64,000 nt of DNA from an uncultured delta proteobacterium (GCA_963804955.1 CAWDSQ010000007.1:496183-560182), one strand, 5' to 3'; numbered from the stretch's first letter, positions 10,593 through 20,420 are shown. Notes: a model not told the origin generated them from the letters alone. Numbers and translations: made by a program.

Positions 10593-11015
10593 TCAATGCA
10601 TCACGACCGGCTGGGCCGGTTTTCTTTCGCGAATGAAAAACTCATGCACGATCTGGGGCTGTTCTTCGTCAAAGAAGAAAAGCTCGAATTTTGCCCGGCC
10701 CTCCTGCGGGATTTTTGCCGGGGCCAGGGCCACGATGATGGTATGGTGCGAGCCCTGCGGCGGGCCGGGGGCAGCCTGTATGGGCAGCACCACAGGCTCG
10801 CTGCCCGGCATGCTCACTTTGGCTTTTGCCGAAGTGAAGGACTGCGAGATCTGATCGAGCATCACCACAAAGCACAAATGCGGCATCAGCGCCGGAACTT
10901 TGCCCACCCACAGCTCGGGGCCGTACACGCCCATGAATGAGAGTTTGTTGCCGACCTCATTTCGCACATCGTCGCAGAGAATGACATGATATTTTTTTGC
11001 TATGTCCATGAGCAT
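10593..11015 (-). CDS. Hypothetical protein (DUF6941-like)
   Basis: ILCDDVRNEVGNKLSFMGVY pattern in a beta-rich small protein. Confidence 0.6.
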   Translation of the reverse strand: MLMDIAKKYHVILCDDVRNEVGNKLSFMGVYGPELWVGKVPALMPHLCFVVMLDQISQSFTSAKAKVSMPGSEPVVLPIQAAPGPPQGSHHTIIVALAPAKIPQEGRAKFELFFFDEEQPQIVHEFFIRERKPAQPVVMH

Positions 11016-11117
11016 GCTCCATCTATTTCTAAATTACTGTTTAACAAAATGTAGTTTTAAATTTGTTGGGTTCGCCCTTGGGGGCGTGCTTTTTTATAAA
11101 CATCGGTATTTTCGCAG

Positions 11118-11166
11118 GTTGGGTTGAGGTACGAAATCCAACATTCTTTTCCGGGCTTAACCCAAC
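11118..11166 (+). repeat. REP-like repeat, copy 1 (GGGTTGAGGTACGAAA family)
   Basis: Near-identical to 32881-32929; a partial inverted copy lies at 63906-63931. Confidence 0.8.
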
Positions 11167-11189
11167 AAAAAAAACTTTTCAGCCATTCA

Positions 11190-11852
11190 TCATGCTTGCC
11201 CCAGGGCCTGCTTCGGGCAGACGCTGCAGCACTGGCAGCATCGCAGGCAGTCGTGATCAGGCAGGCTGCCCGTGTCTTTATGTTTTGTAATCGCAAGATT
11301 CATGGGGCAGGCTTTTTCGCAGGCCCCGCATTCGATGCATTTTTCAGCATCGATTATAATACGGTGTTGGCCCCGGTCAAGGGCGCTCTGCATAGTGCCC
11401 ATGGGACAGAACGTGCACCAGGCCCGCGGGTGAATAAAAACAGCAAGAACCACGCCGACGGCTGTAGTCACCGTGCACAGAAGCCAGAACACGCGGCCCC
11501 AGTGGTCGAAGTCCGTGGGGTTGAGCATAATCCGGTAGACCATGAAGGCCATGAGCGCGGCAAAGACCGGCCAGCGGAACCAGCCGCTTCTCATCCATGC
11601 GGGTATAGGCCGCTTAAAACTCATGCGGGGCATGATGCGATCAAAGAAAGCTCCCCGCGGGCAGAGATAGCCGCATACATACCGGCCACGCACAAAGCCG
11701 CCAGCCATGCCCATGAGCATAACCACGGGCACGCTGTAGCCGAGCCAGGGATAGTGCCAGCCGAAGGCAATGACGATTACGACGATGGGCCACAGACTCA
11801 GCTGCACGGTCTTGCGCAGGGCTGTGTGTTTTTTATAATCTGCAGACGGCAT
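11190..11852 (-). CDS. Membrane 4Fe-4S binding protein (NapH/MauN/YccM-like)
   Basis: TM helices with CGYLCP and WCTFCPMG, plus CIECGACEKACP and CLRCCQCCSVCP. Confidence 0.9.
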   Translation of the reverse strand: MPSADYKKHTALRKTVQLSLWPIVVIVIAFGWHYPWLGYSVPVVMLMGMAGGFVRGRYVCGYLCPRGAFFDRIMPRMSFKRPIPAWMRSGWFRWPVFAALMAFMVYRIMLNPTDFDHWGRVFWLLCTVTTAVGVVLAVFIHPRAWCTFCPMGTMQSALDRGQHRIIIDAEKCIECGACEKACPMNLAITKHKDTGSLPDHDCLRCCQCCSVCPKQALGQA

Positions 11853-11946
11853 AGCTGCTCACGAATAGATTCGGCTTAAGTAGTACAGTAATGGCAGACT
11901 TCCGCCATGTCAAGGAGAGGATTTTGACAACAGGGTGATCGGGGAT

Positions 11947-11978
11947 AAAAAAGGCCGGCAGCGATTGCTGCCGGCCCA
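11947..11978 (-). terminator. Intrinsic terminator after the cytochrome gene
   Basis: Stem GGCCGGCAGC/GCTGCCGGCC followed by a T-tract on the minus strand. Confidence 0.7.
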
Positions 11979-11998
11979 GTGCTGAACCGTAAAAATTT

Positions 11999-13573
11999 TT
12001 ACCGTGGCTGCTGCAGTGCCCGCAGTTCCGATTTTTTGTAGCCCAAAAATTTCCAGAATTTGCTATCGCTGCTATGGCAGCTATTGCAGCCCTGCTGGTC
12101 ATAGCCCAGGGCATTGGCGCCCGTCTGAATGCCATGATCAACTTTCAGCGCGCAGTTCATGGGGAAGGTGAATACGACGCCCATGGCGCGGCGAAGGGCG
12201 AAATTATAATTTTCTTTATTGCCCCGCAGCCAGCTTGTGGCTTCCATGCCCTCATTGGCGGCTGTTACCAGGTCGCCGTCGACAAGGAAATATTTCAGCA
12301 CATAGGGCACCGGCTGCAGCACGAACAAGATCAAACCACAGCAGCGCTTCATAGCGCTTGAACGGTGCAATCTTCGAGCCGTCGCCCTCTGCATAGCCTT
12401 TCTTGCTGCCCTTGGGCCCGATGGGGCATGGGCCTTCCAGATCGCCTTCCCAGCCGCCGGATGTACCGTTAAACCACCGGTACTCAGGCTCAACGCCGTA
12501 TTTCACGACGTCTTTGAATTCATAAAACGCCCCGTCCTCTCGGCAGATAGGGCCGCCGCAAATCCCGCTGCATAAGCCCGCCGGTATGCCGGATATGGCA
12601 GGTCTGGCAGGCAAGATAGTGCTGTGTGCATGTCAAGGGAGGCCTTGTTGGCATTGGCCGATGCGGTGTGCGGGGTAGAGCCGTGGCAGTCGGAGCAGTC
12701 CAGCGTGTCGGGCACCACGTCGCGGCCCCAGGACACATTGTGCTTGCCGTATTTAAATTTATGATCGCCTGCATAGTGGCACTCGGCGCAGCGAATTCCT
12801 GCTGCGGCATGCACGTCGCCATCGATGGTAGCGGTTTCCTGAACGCCCTGGCCATTATCGTAGGTCAGTTCATAGGGCTCGGCAACATAGTCGGTGCCGT
12901 ATTTGAAAGCCTTCGACATAGTGCCGTCGGGTGCAAACACCTTGCCGCCGGAATTCACATGGCAACGGTTGCAGGCTTGCGATGTTACATTGTCGCCGAC
13001 CGACTGCGCGTCCTCAAGCGAGGCATGGCTCCAGTAGGTGCGGCTCTGATTATCGCTGAGCACAACGCGCTGCCCGCCTTCGCCGCCGCCGTCATAGGTT
13101 TTGCCGTGGCACAGCACGCAGTCGATCTGGTCTTTGGCCGCTTCGGTGGCCTCGATGGGCTCACCGTCTATGGTTACCGGCATGGCATCGGCTCCTGCCG
13201 AAATATGGCAGCTGCCGCAGCCGGCATTTTTGGTATGTGTATCATCAATGGTGCTGGTCCAGACTTCAGCCCAATTGGCCCCGACGAGGCCACCGGGAAG
13301 TCCTCAATACCGGTTGCCTTTCCCTTTTTCGACATCCGCCGGATACGGTTTATTGGTCAAAAAATCATACACCCCCTGCGTCGGGCCAAGCATGCGATAG
13401 TGCAGCACATGGCTCACATCATCAACCTCGTCCGGATGGCACACACGGCAGGTTTTCGAGCCTTCATACGAGGTTATCATGCCGGTATGGTCCGTGGCGG
13501 CAAAGCCCTGCGAGCTGAGCATCAGCAGTCCAAGCCCTGCACCCCAAAAGGCAAAGAACCTTTTCTTTTTCAT
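11999..13573 (-). CDS. Secreted octaheme cytochrome c (tetrathionate-reductase-like), probable selenoprotein; in-frame UGA at 13304-13306, downstream frameshifts likely errors
   Basis: Signal peptide and 8 CxxCH motifs (CRVCH, CGSCH, CVLCH, CNRCH, CAECH, CSDCH, CQTCH, CNSCH). ORFs 13304-13573 and 12503-13183 are in the same frame, separated by only one TGA. Confidence 0.85.
13261..13303 (-). promoter_or_regulatory. Putative bacterial SECIS element
   Basis: mRNA UGA-GGACUUC CCGGU GGCCUC GUC GGGGCC A AUUGG GCU GAAGUCU folds as one hairpin. The apical loop starts with G, 18 nt after the UGA. Confidence 0.75.
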
Positions 13574-13705
13574 ACGTACTCCTTCTCCTCATTGATGATG
13601 TTTATATTTCCTTTTTATTTATATACTGAAATAAAAAAAAAGCAAGCTGCTGCAGTCAATATAAATCCGGATGATTTAGGGGGTTAAGGCGCTGCACAGA
13701 AGCAA

Positions 13706-13745
13706 TAAAAAAACACCGGGCAATTGTGCCTGGTGCTTTTTTTAT
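13706..13745. terminator. Bidirectional-type terminator downstream of the tRNA
   Basis: A-tract, CACCGGGCA/TGCCTGGTG stem, T-tract. Confidence 0.65.
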
Positions 13746-13750
13746 ATTCC

Positions 13751-13826
13751 TGGTGGAGCTGAACGGGATCGAACCGTCGGCCTCTTGAATGCCATTCAAG
13801 CGCTCTCCCAGCTGAGCTACAGCCCC
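13751..13826 (-). tRNA. tRNA-Ala (anticodon GGC)
   Basis: GGGGCTGTAGCTCAGCTGGGAGAGCGCTTGAATGGCATTCAAGAGGCCGACGGTTCGATCCCGTTCAGCTCCACCA; 76 nt with CCA end and G3:U70 pair. Confidence 0.97.
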
Positions 13827-14008
13827 ACGGAGGTCATTTTTAAAAAATTACTATACCAGAATACGCGGCATTGTCAAAAAGAAAATAGGATGTATGCGCC
13901 CGGACGCCGGATGCCTGCGCATATAATGATTTGATAAAGGCACAAAAAAAAGTTAAGCTGTTTTATAAGATTAATGCTTGCTGCCTGTACGGAACAGGAG
14001 GTCCTGGT

Positions 14009-15070
14009 ATGCGCCGCGTCGGCATTGTTCGCGCCCAGCTGTATATTGAGCACCGAACCGGTGTGCATCATATAGAGGTGCCACGGCGTCTTGAAACAAT
14101 CTACGGCATGATCGATGAAAACGGGCTCAAAGAACGCCTTGTGGAAATCGAGCCGCGGTATGCGAGCCTTGAAGAGGTAGAGAGGGTGCATGACGCCGAC
14201 TATGTCGAAAAAATCCTCGACACCGCAGGCGAGCCCCTGCGCTACCTCGATCCCGACACCGTGACCTCGGGGCAGTCCTGCCGCGCTGCATTTCTTGCCG
14301 CAGGCGGCGTGCTCGAAGCGGTGCGCCGCGTTGCGGCCCGCGAGATAGATACCGCCTTTGCCCTTATACGGCCCCCCGGGCACCATGCCGAGCGCAACCG
14401 CCAGATGGGCTTCTGCCTCTTCAACAACGCAGCCATCGCCGCAGAATATGCGCGCCGCCAGCTGGGGGTTGAGCGCGTGCTGATCGTAGACTGGGACGTG
14501 CATCACCCCAACGGCACGCAGCATATATTCGAGCAGTCTTCCCGGGTTCTGCTTTTCTCCTCGCACCGCCATCCGTTCTTCCCCGGCACGGGCGATATGC
14601 TTGAAGTGGGGCTGGGCAAAGGCCGGGGCTTCTCGGTCAATGTGCCGCTGCCGGCGCAGCGCGACGACAGCGACCTTGTGCTTGTCTACCGGCGCCTGCT
14701 TGAACCCCTGGCCCGCGAATTTCAACCGCAGCTGATTCTGGTGTCAGCGGGCTTTGACGCGCACGTCGACGACCCCATCGGCGGCATGCGCCTCACCGAA
14801 CGCGGATTTGCAGCGCTGGCCCAGATCGTTCTCGGCCTTGCCGATGATCTCTGCGGCGGAAAAAGCATTTTCATGCTTGAAGGAGGCTATGACCTTGGCG
14901 CATTGCGCAGCTCGACGCGGGCTGTACTTGAAACAATGCTTGACGGCGCGCCTGAAGGCCTTGTGCAGCGCCTTGAGCGCGGCGTGAAGCCTGCCTCTCC
15001 CGTGCCGGATATAATTGAAAGCGTTATTGAAGTGCAGGGCCAGTACTGGAGATGTTTCAGCAATGTTTGA
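14009..15070 (+). CDS. Zn-dependent deacetylase (HDAC/AcuC family)
   Basis: RPPGHHA, GFCLFNNAA, DWDVHH, SAGFDAH and LEGGY motifs; AGGAGG RBS. Confidence 0.93.
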   Translation: MRRVGIVRAQLYIEHRTGVHHIEVPRRLETIYGMIDENGLKERLVEIEPRYASLEEVERVHDADYVEKILDTAGEPLRYLDPDTVTSGQSCRAAFLAAGGVLEAVRRVAAREIDTAFALIRPPGHHAERNRQMGFCLFNNAAIAAEYARRQLGVERVLIVDWDVHHPNGTQHIFEQSSRVLLFSSHRHPFFPGTGDMLEVGLGKGRGFSVNVPLPAQRDDSDLVLVYRRLLEPLAREFQPQLILVSAGFDAHVDDPIGGMRLTERGFAALAQIVLGLADDLCGGKSIFMLEGGYDLGALRSSTRAVLETMLDGAPEGLVQRLERGVKPASPVPDIIESVIEVQGQYWRCFSNV

Positions 15071-16772
15071 AAACCAGATACCCCCCCGATCAAAGAACCC
15101 CGTTCTGGCGCAGTATGACGAAGTCTGCGCTTCTTTTTCCTGGGAGCAGGTTAACCGGGAGTTCTCCTGGCATGAGACGGGCAGGCTCAATATCGCCCAT
15201 GAAGCAATCGGCCGCTTTGCCGCAGACCCTGCCATGGCCAATCAGCCATGCCTTATTTATTCGCTTCGGGAGCGGCGGGAAGTGTTTTCGTATGCCGAAA
15301 TGGACAGGCTTTCAAACCGTTTCGGCAATGTGCTGCGGGGGCTGGGCGTCGGACGCGGCGACCGCGTTTTTCTTTTTCTGCCCAATATACCCGAGCTGTA
15401 TATAGCCCTTGCCGGGTGCGCCAAAATCGGCGCGGTTATTGTTCCCCTGTATGCACAGTTCCGCAAAGCAGCCCTGCGCGACCGCATGCTTGACGCTCAG
15501 GGCTCGGTGCTCGTAACCACGCCGCGCCACCGCAGCCATATACCTGATCAGGAGCTTCCCGCGCTTGAGCACATCATCATCGTGGGCGGGCAGACCGCAG
15601 CGCCTGAAGACGGCGAAACTTTATGGAAAGACGAAATGGCACAGGCCCCGGACGAGCTGGCCATGGAGTGGCTGGAGCCGGATGCCCCGCTGTTCCTCAT
15701 TTATACCTCCGGGCATGACGGCAGGCCCATGGGGCTCGTGCATGTGCATGATGCCATGCGGGGCTATCTCATGACAGGCCGGTGGGCCCTTGATTTAAGG
15801 CCGGGGGACGTGCTCTGGACGCAGGCCCAGCCCGGCTGGTTCATGAACGTGGTGTATACTGCTTTCGCGCCCTGGCTGTGCGGCGTGCCGAGCTTTATAA
15901 CCGGGAAGCTCACAAGCGCCGAAGAGTTCTACCGCCATGTGCAGGAAGACGGCATTTCCGTGGTCTACGCCACGCCGACCGTCTACCGCATGCTTGTCGA
16001 AGCCGAAACAGACACGGCCCGTCGTTTCGACCTGAAAAGCCTGCGGCATCTGGTGAGCGTGATGGAGCCGCTGTACCCCGATCTTATTTACGGTCTCATG
16101 CGCATTCTTGATATGCCGGTGCATGACACCTGGTGGACAGCCGAAACGGGAATGATCACAATAGCCAATTTCCCCTGCCTTCCCATCAAGCCGGGGTATC
16201 TGGGCAAGGCCATGCCGGGGCTCGAGATAAAAATTTTTGATCCCGAGGGCAAAGAGCCGGCGCCCTTCACCATGGGCGATCTTGCCATCAGGCAGGGCTG
16301 GCCTGCCATGGCACGCGGGATATGGAACAACCGGGAGGCTTTTTCGCTGCTTGTGGCCAGGCCGCCGTGGCTGCTCATCAATGATACCGCTTTTGTTGAC
16401 TATGACGGCTATTTTTATCACCAGGGCCGCAACGATGATGTCATTGTTACCGCAGCCGGAAAAACCGGCTTTACCGAAATTGAGCGCGCCCTGGCCGAGC
16501 ACCCTGCGGTAGCCGAAGCTGCAGTCATACGCAGCGCCGACGAGCATGGCAAAAAAAAGGTAAAGGCTTTCGTTTCCCTGAAGGCAGCCTACAAACCGTC
16601 AGCGCTGCTGCAAAAAAAAATCATGGCCTACCTGCTGCAAACGCTTGACCCGGATCTTGCCCTTGCCGAAATCGAGTTCCGCGACAGCCTGCCCCGTGAC
16701 AAAAACGCAAGGCTCATGCGCCGGGTACTCAAAGCCTGGGAGCTTGGCCTGCCGGTTGGACAGGTGGAGTGA
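15063..16772 (+). CDS. Acetyl-CoA synthetase-like AMP-binding protein with degenerate catalytic motifs
   Basis: LNIAHEAI, DTWWTAETG, PIKPGYLGK and GRNDDVI motifs; overlaps the stop of the deacetylase. Confidence 0.85.
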   Translation: MFENQIPPRSKNPVLAQYDEVCASFSWEQVNREFSWHETGRLNIAHEAIGRFAADPAMANQPCLIYSLRERREVFSYAEMDRLSNRFGNVLRGLGVGRGDRVFLFLPNIPELYIALAGCAKIGAVIVPLYAQFRKAALRDRMLDAQGSVLVTTPRHRSHIPDQELPALEHIIIVGGQTAAPEDGETLWKDEMAQAPDELAMEWLEPDAPLFLIYTSGHDGRPMGLVHVHDAMRGYLMTGRWALDLRPGDVLWTQAQPGWFMNVVYTAFAPWLCGVPSFITGKLTSAEEFYRHVQEDGISVVYATPTVYRMLVEAETDTARRFDLKSLRHLVSVMEPLYPDLIYGLMRILDMPVHDTWWTAETGMITIANFPCLPIKPGYLGKAMPGLEIKIFDPEGKEPAPFTMGDLAIRQGWPAMARGIWNNREAFSLLVARPPWLLINDTAFVDYDGYFYHQGRNDDVIVTAAGKTGFTEIERALAEHPAVAEAAVIRSADEHGKKKVKAFVSLKAAYKPSALLQKKIMAYLLQTLDPDLALAEIEFRDSLPRDKNARLMRRVLKAWELGLPVGQVE

Positions 16773-16774
16773 GG

Positions 16775-16879
16775 CTTCCCGCTTACAAGGCTGGGCATCC
16801 CGGTGCATAAAATTGATTTTAATTGACCCCTGCCTTTTCAGCCCCCGCTTACAAAATGAAGCCTTCCAGGCAGGGTTCC
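16775..16879 (+). repeat. About 100-bp dispersed intergenic element, copy 1
   Basis: Similar to the reverse complement of 51721-51817; shares CAAGGC-GGGCAT, TAAAATTGATTT, CCTGCCTTT, CCCCGCTTACAA and AGGCAGGGTTC. Confidence 0.7.
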
Positions 16880-17055
16880 GGCAACCTTCTGCTTGTGCAA
16901 CTAACGCAAAAACACGGGGTTCAGAGTATATTATATCGGCATCATGCGAAGACGGCCGCCCCACAGTCAGAAGAAACCCCTTGAATTTTCACATAATTTG
17001 GGACATTATATTCAATTTAAGAGCAAAGCCGTATAAAAAATGAGGATAGAAAAAA

Positions 17056-18273
17056 ATGGCCGATTCAAAATCCTATGATCTTGCAGCCCTCAAGATAGAT
17101 CAGAAGTCGCGCAACCGCTCCGGTCCCGGCATGCGGACCAAAGTGCTTATTATTGCAGGAGCTGTGGCTGCTGTCGTTATAGCCTTCATGATTTTTTCGG
17201 GTAAAAAAACCCTCGTTGAAGTATCGCCTGCACGGTCGATAAGCGCTTCTGAAGGCGCCTCCCTGCTCAATGCAAGCGGCTATGTCACGCCGCGCCGCCG
17301 GGCGACCGTGGCGGCCAAAATAACGGGCCGGGTGCAGGAGCTTATGGTTGAAGAGGGCATGCATGTCGAGCTGGGCCAGGTGCTTGCAAAAATCGACAGC
17401 TCGGATGCAGAGGCGCGCCTTAAAGCGGCCGAAGCCGACCTTGCGGTAGCCGGCGCCACCATCGCAGAGATCAAGGTAAATCTTGCCGATGGCGAGCGAT
17501 CGCTCAGGCGCATCACCAACCTGCATAAAAACGGCGTTGCCAGCAATGATGATTTTGATAAAACGCAGGCCCTCGTCGACGGCCTGAAAGCACGCCTGGC
17601 CATGACGCAGATGCAGGTAACGGCTGCACAGGCCCGGCGGGAAATGGCTCTCACCGACATTGAAAACTGCATTGTCCGCGCCCCGTTTTCAGGCGTTGCC
17701 GTGTCAAAGGATGCCCAGGTCGGTGAAATGGTTTCTCCCATATCAGCCGGCGGCGGATTTACCCGCACGGGCATTTCCACTATCGTCGACATGCTGTCAC
17801 TTGAAATCGAGGTTGACGTCAATGAATCCTATCTTGCCAAGGTGAGTATCGGACAAAAAGTCGATGCGACACTTGACGCCTATCCCGACTGGCATATACC
17901 CGCAACCGTGCGCACCATCATACCCACCGCAGACAGGCAGAAGGCTACGATCAAGGTGCGTATCGCGTTTGACGTGCTGGATCCGAAAATTCTGCCCGAC
18001 ATGGGCGTGAAGGTTTCATTTATGAGCAAGAATGAAAAGGGCGCGGGCAGCATTATCGTCGTGCGGCGCTCGGGTCTTCAGGATGAGGACGGCAAGCAGG
18101 CCGTCTATCTCTTCAAGAACGGCCGTGCACAGCGCCGCCCGGTCAAAACGGGTGAGGTATTTGAAAATGACGTTCAAATAACCGACGGCGTTGCCGCCGG
18201 TGACGAGATCATTGTCAGCAGTTCACTGCAGCCGCTTCAGGACGGCATGCGGGCAGAGATAAAAAAACAATAA
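17056..18273 (+). CDS. Periplasmic adaptor (membrane fusion protein) of a MacAB-type exporter
   Basis: N-terminal TM, ASGYVTPRR, lipoyl/coiled-coil region, VRAPFSG and LPDMGV. Confidence 0.92.
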   Translation: MADSKSYDLAALKIDQKSRNRSGPGMRTKVLIIAGAVAAVVIAFMIFSGKKTLVEVSPARSISASEGASLLNASGYVTPRRRATVAAKITGRVQELMVEEGMHVELGQVLAKIDSSDAEARLKAAEADLAVAGATIAEIKVNLADGERSLRRITNLHKNGVASNDDFDKTQALVDGLKARLAMTQMQVTAAQARREMALTDIENCIVRAPFSGVAVSKDAQVGEMVSPISAGGGFTRTGISTIVDMLSLEIEVDVNESYLAKVSIGQKVDATLDAYPDWHIPATVRTIIPTADRQKATIKVRIAFDVLDPKILPDMGVKVSFMSKNEKGAGSIIVVRRSGLQDEDGKQAVYLFKNGRAQRRPVKTGEVFENDVQITDGVAAGDEIIVSSSLQPLQDGMRAEIKKQ

Positions 18274-18324
18274 TGTTTTCCCGGAGGCGCGGTCGTGCCG
18301 CGCTGTCAACCGCACAAGAAGGCC

Positions 18325-19041
18325 ATGGTCAGCGTAGACGCACTGGAAAATTCAGAGGGCCTTATTCAGGTCCGCAATCTCGATAAAAAATACGTCCGCG
18401 GCGGCGAAGAGATTCACGTGCTGCAGGGGCTCAACCTCAATGTTGAAGAGGGCGAGTTTGTCGCTTTCATGGGTCCCAGCGGCTCGGGCAAGACCACCCT
18501 TTTGAATCTGCTCGGTGGGCTTGATGTGCCCTCGGCCGGCAGCATCACCGTGGCGGGAGACGAGGTGACGCATATGTCGGGCCCGAAGCTCACGACCTGG
18601 CGTGCCCGGCATGTCGGCTTCATCTTCCAGATGTACAACCTCATCCCCGTGCTCACGGCGTTTCAGAATGTGGAGATGCCGCTGCTGCTCACCAGCCTCA
18701 CCAAGGCCGAGCGCAGGCAGCATGTGGAGATGGCCCTCAGCGCGGTTAACCTTACCGAGCGCAAGTCCCATTATCCGCGGCAGCTCTCGGGCGGCCAGGA
18801 GCAGCGCGTTTCCATTGCCCGTGCTATCGTGGCAGACCCCACGTTTCTTTTGTGCGACGAGCCCACAGGCGACCTCGACCGCAACAGCGCCGATGAAATC
18901 CTCAACCTGCTTGAAGAGCTTTCCACAGTACACCGCAAAACCATTCTCATGGTCACCCATGACCCGCGCGCGGCAGAGCGCGCCGGCACGGTGCTGCATC
19001 TTGATAAAGGAGTCCTCATCGAGGGCAAAAAGCTGCAATGA
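18325..19041 (+). CDS. ABC transporter ATP-binding protein (LolD/MacB type)
   Basis: GPSGSGKT, LSGGQEQRV, CDEPTGDLD and VTHD motifs. Confidence 0.95.
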   Translation: MVSVDALENSEGLIQVRNLDKKYVRGGEEIHVLQGLNLNVEEGEFVAFMGPSGSGKTTLLNLLGGLDVPSAGSITVAGDEVTHMSGPKLTTWRARHVGFIFQMYNLIPVLTAFQNVEMPLLLTSLTKAERRQHVEMALSAVNLTERKSHYPRQLSGGQEQRVSIARAIVADPTFLLCDEPTGDLDRNSADEILNLLEELSTVHRKTILMVTHDPRAAERAGTVLHLDKGVLIEGKKLQ

Positions 19042-20186
19042 TTATTTTCAAATTTTTCCCCCTGCTGGTGGCCAACCTGCTGCGCAAAAAAACCCGCTCG
19101 GCCCTGACCATGGGGTCGTTTGCCGTGGCGCTGTTTTTGTTCAGCCTGCTCGGAACCATCGACAGCTCATTCAACCAGGGCGTAGAGGTTGCGGGCGCCG
19201 ACCGGCTTCTGGTCATGAACAAAACATCCCTTGTTCAGCCCCTGCCGGTTGCCTACATGGAGCGCATACAGCAGATCAGGGGGATCAAGGATGTCACCTT
19301 CGCGACCTGGTTCGGCGGCATTTACAAGGATGAAAAAAACTTTTTTGCCCAGATGGTCATCGATCACAAAAACTATCTGCAGATGTACCGGGAGTTTACC
19401 GTTCCGCCGGCACAGTGGCGCGACTTCTGCGCCGACCGCGAGGGCGCCATCGTGGGTAAAAAGCTGCTGAAGCGCTTCGGCTGGAAAATCGGCGACCGCG
19501 TTCCCATTCAGGGCGGCATTTTCCCCGGCACATGGGAATTTAATATACGGGGCGTCTACAGCGGCACGCGCAATGAAGACGACGAAACCCAGTTCTGGTT
19601 CCGCTATGATTATCTGGATGAACGCCGCGACCTTGGCAAGGGCACGGTCGGCTGGTACATGGTGCGGGTGGACAATCCAGACAATACCCCGGTAATCGCC
19701 AAAGCCATTGAAAACCAGTTTGCCAATTCCCCGGCTGAAGTCAAGGCGGAGTCGGAAAAATCTTTTGCCACGGGCTTTGTCAAGCAGATCGGCAATATCA
19801 AGGCCATCATGATATCAGTGGGGAGCATCGTTTTTTTCACCCTGCTGCTGGTAACGGGCAGCACCATGGCCATGTCCGTGCGGGAACGCACGGGGGAGCT
19901 TGCGGTCCTGAAAACTCTGGGATTTTCCGACTGGACGGTCATGGCCCTGGTTCTTGCCGAATCGCTTCTCTACGCCCTTGCGGGCGGATTGATAGGCATA
20001 GCCCTTGCCAAAATCTACACCCTCGGGGGCGATCCGACAAACGGCTTTCTGCCCTCGTTTTATCTGTCGCCGGAAAAAATGTGCTCCGGTATGGTGTTTG
20101 CTCTTGTGGCGGGCATAGCTGCCGGGTGGATCCCTGCCATGCTTGCCATGAGGATGAAAATAGTGGAAGCATTACGACGAATTTAA
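19038..20186 (+). CDS. ABC transporter permease (MacB/FtsX)
   Basis: NLLRKKTRS, a large periplasmic domain and SVRERTGELAVLKTLGF. Confidence 0.92.
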   Translation: MIIFKFFPLLVANLLRKKTRSALTMGSFAVALFLFSLLGTIDSSFNQGVEVAGADRLLVMNKTSLVQPLPVAYMERIQQIRGIKDVTFATWFGGIYKDEKNFFAQMVIDHKNYLQMYREFTVPPAQWRDFCADREGAIVGKKLLKRFGWKIGDRVPIQGGIFPGTWEFNIRGVYSGTRNEDDETQFWFRYDYLDERRDLGKGTVGWYMVRVDNPDNTPVIAKAIENQFANSPAEVKAESEKSFATGFVKQIGNIKAIMISVGSIVFFTLLLVTGSTMAMSVRERTGELAVLKTLGFSDWTVMALVLAESLLYALAGGLIGIALAKIYTLGGDPTNGFLPSFYLSPEKMCSGMVFALVAGIAAGWIPAMLAMRMKIVEALRRI

Positions 20187-20202
20187 AAATTAGTCGGGAA
20201 AC

Positions 20203-20420
20203 AGAATTCAGGAGTCAGAAGCCAGAATTCAGAAGGTTTGGAAAGAAGTTCGGAGTAAAGAAATTCAAGATTCCGGATTTAAAATTCAAGATCGTAGGCG
20301 CAGACATGAGTGTCTGCCCTAAAACCGGAGTTCAAAATCGTAGGGGCGGGGTTATCCCGCCCTAAAGATCACCTGGAAGCCCGCTTCTTCCATTCTGAAT
20401 TCTGACTACTGAATTCAGGC
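20203..20420. repeat. Composite palindromic intergenic element: heptamer-like repeats in inverted arms enclosing two GTAG REPs
   Basis: GAATTCAGGAGTCAGAAGCCAGAATTCAGAA at left; TTCTGAATTCTGACTACTGAATTC at right. Confidence 0.65.

Noticed and set aside
13751..13826. tRNA-Ala as a prophage or island integration site
   Set aside because: I saw no integrase and no duplicated tRNA 3' end in the window.
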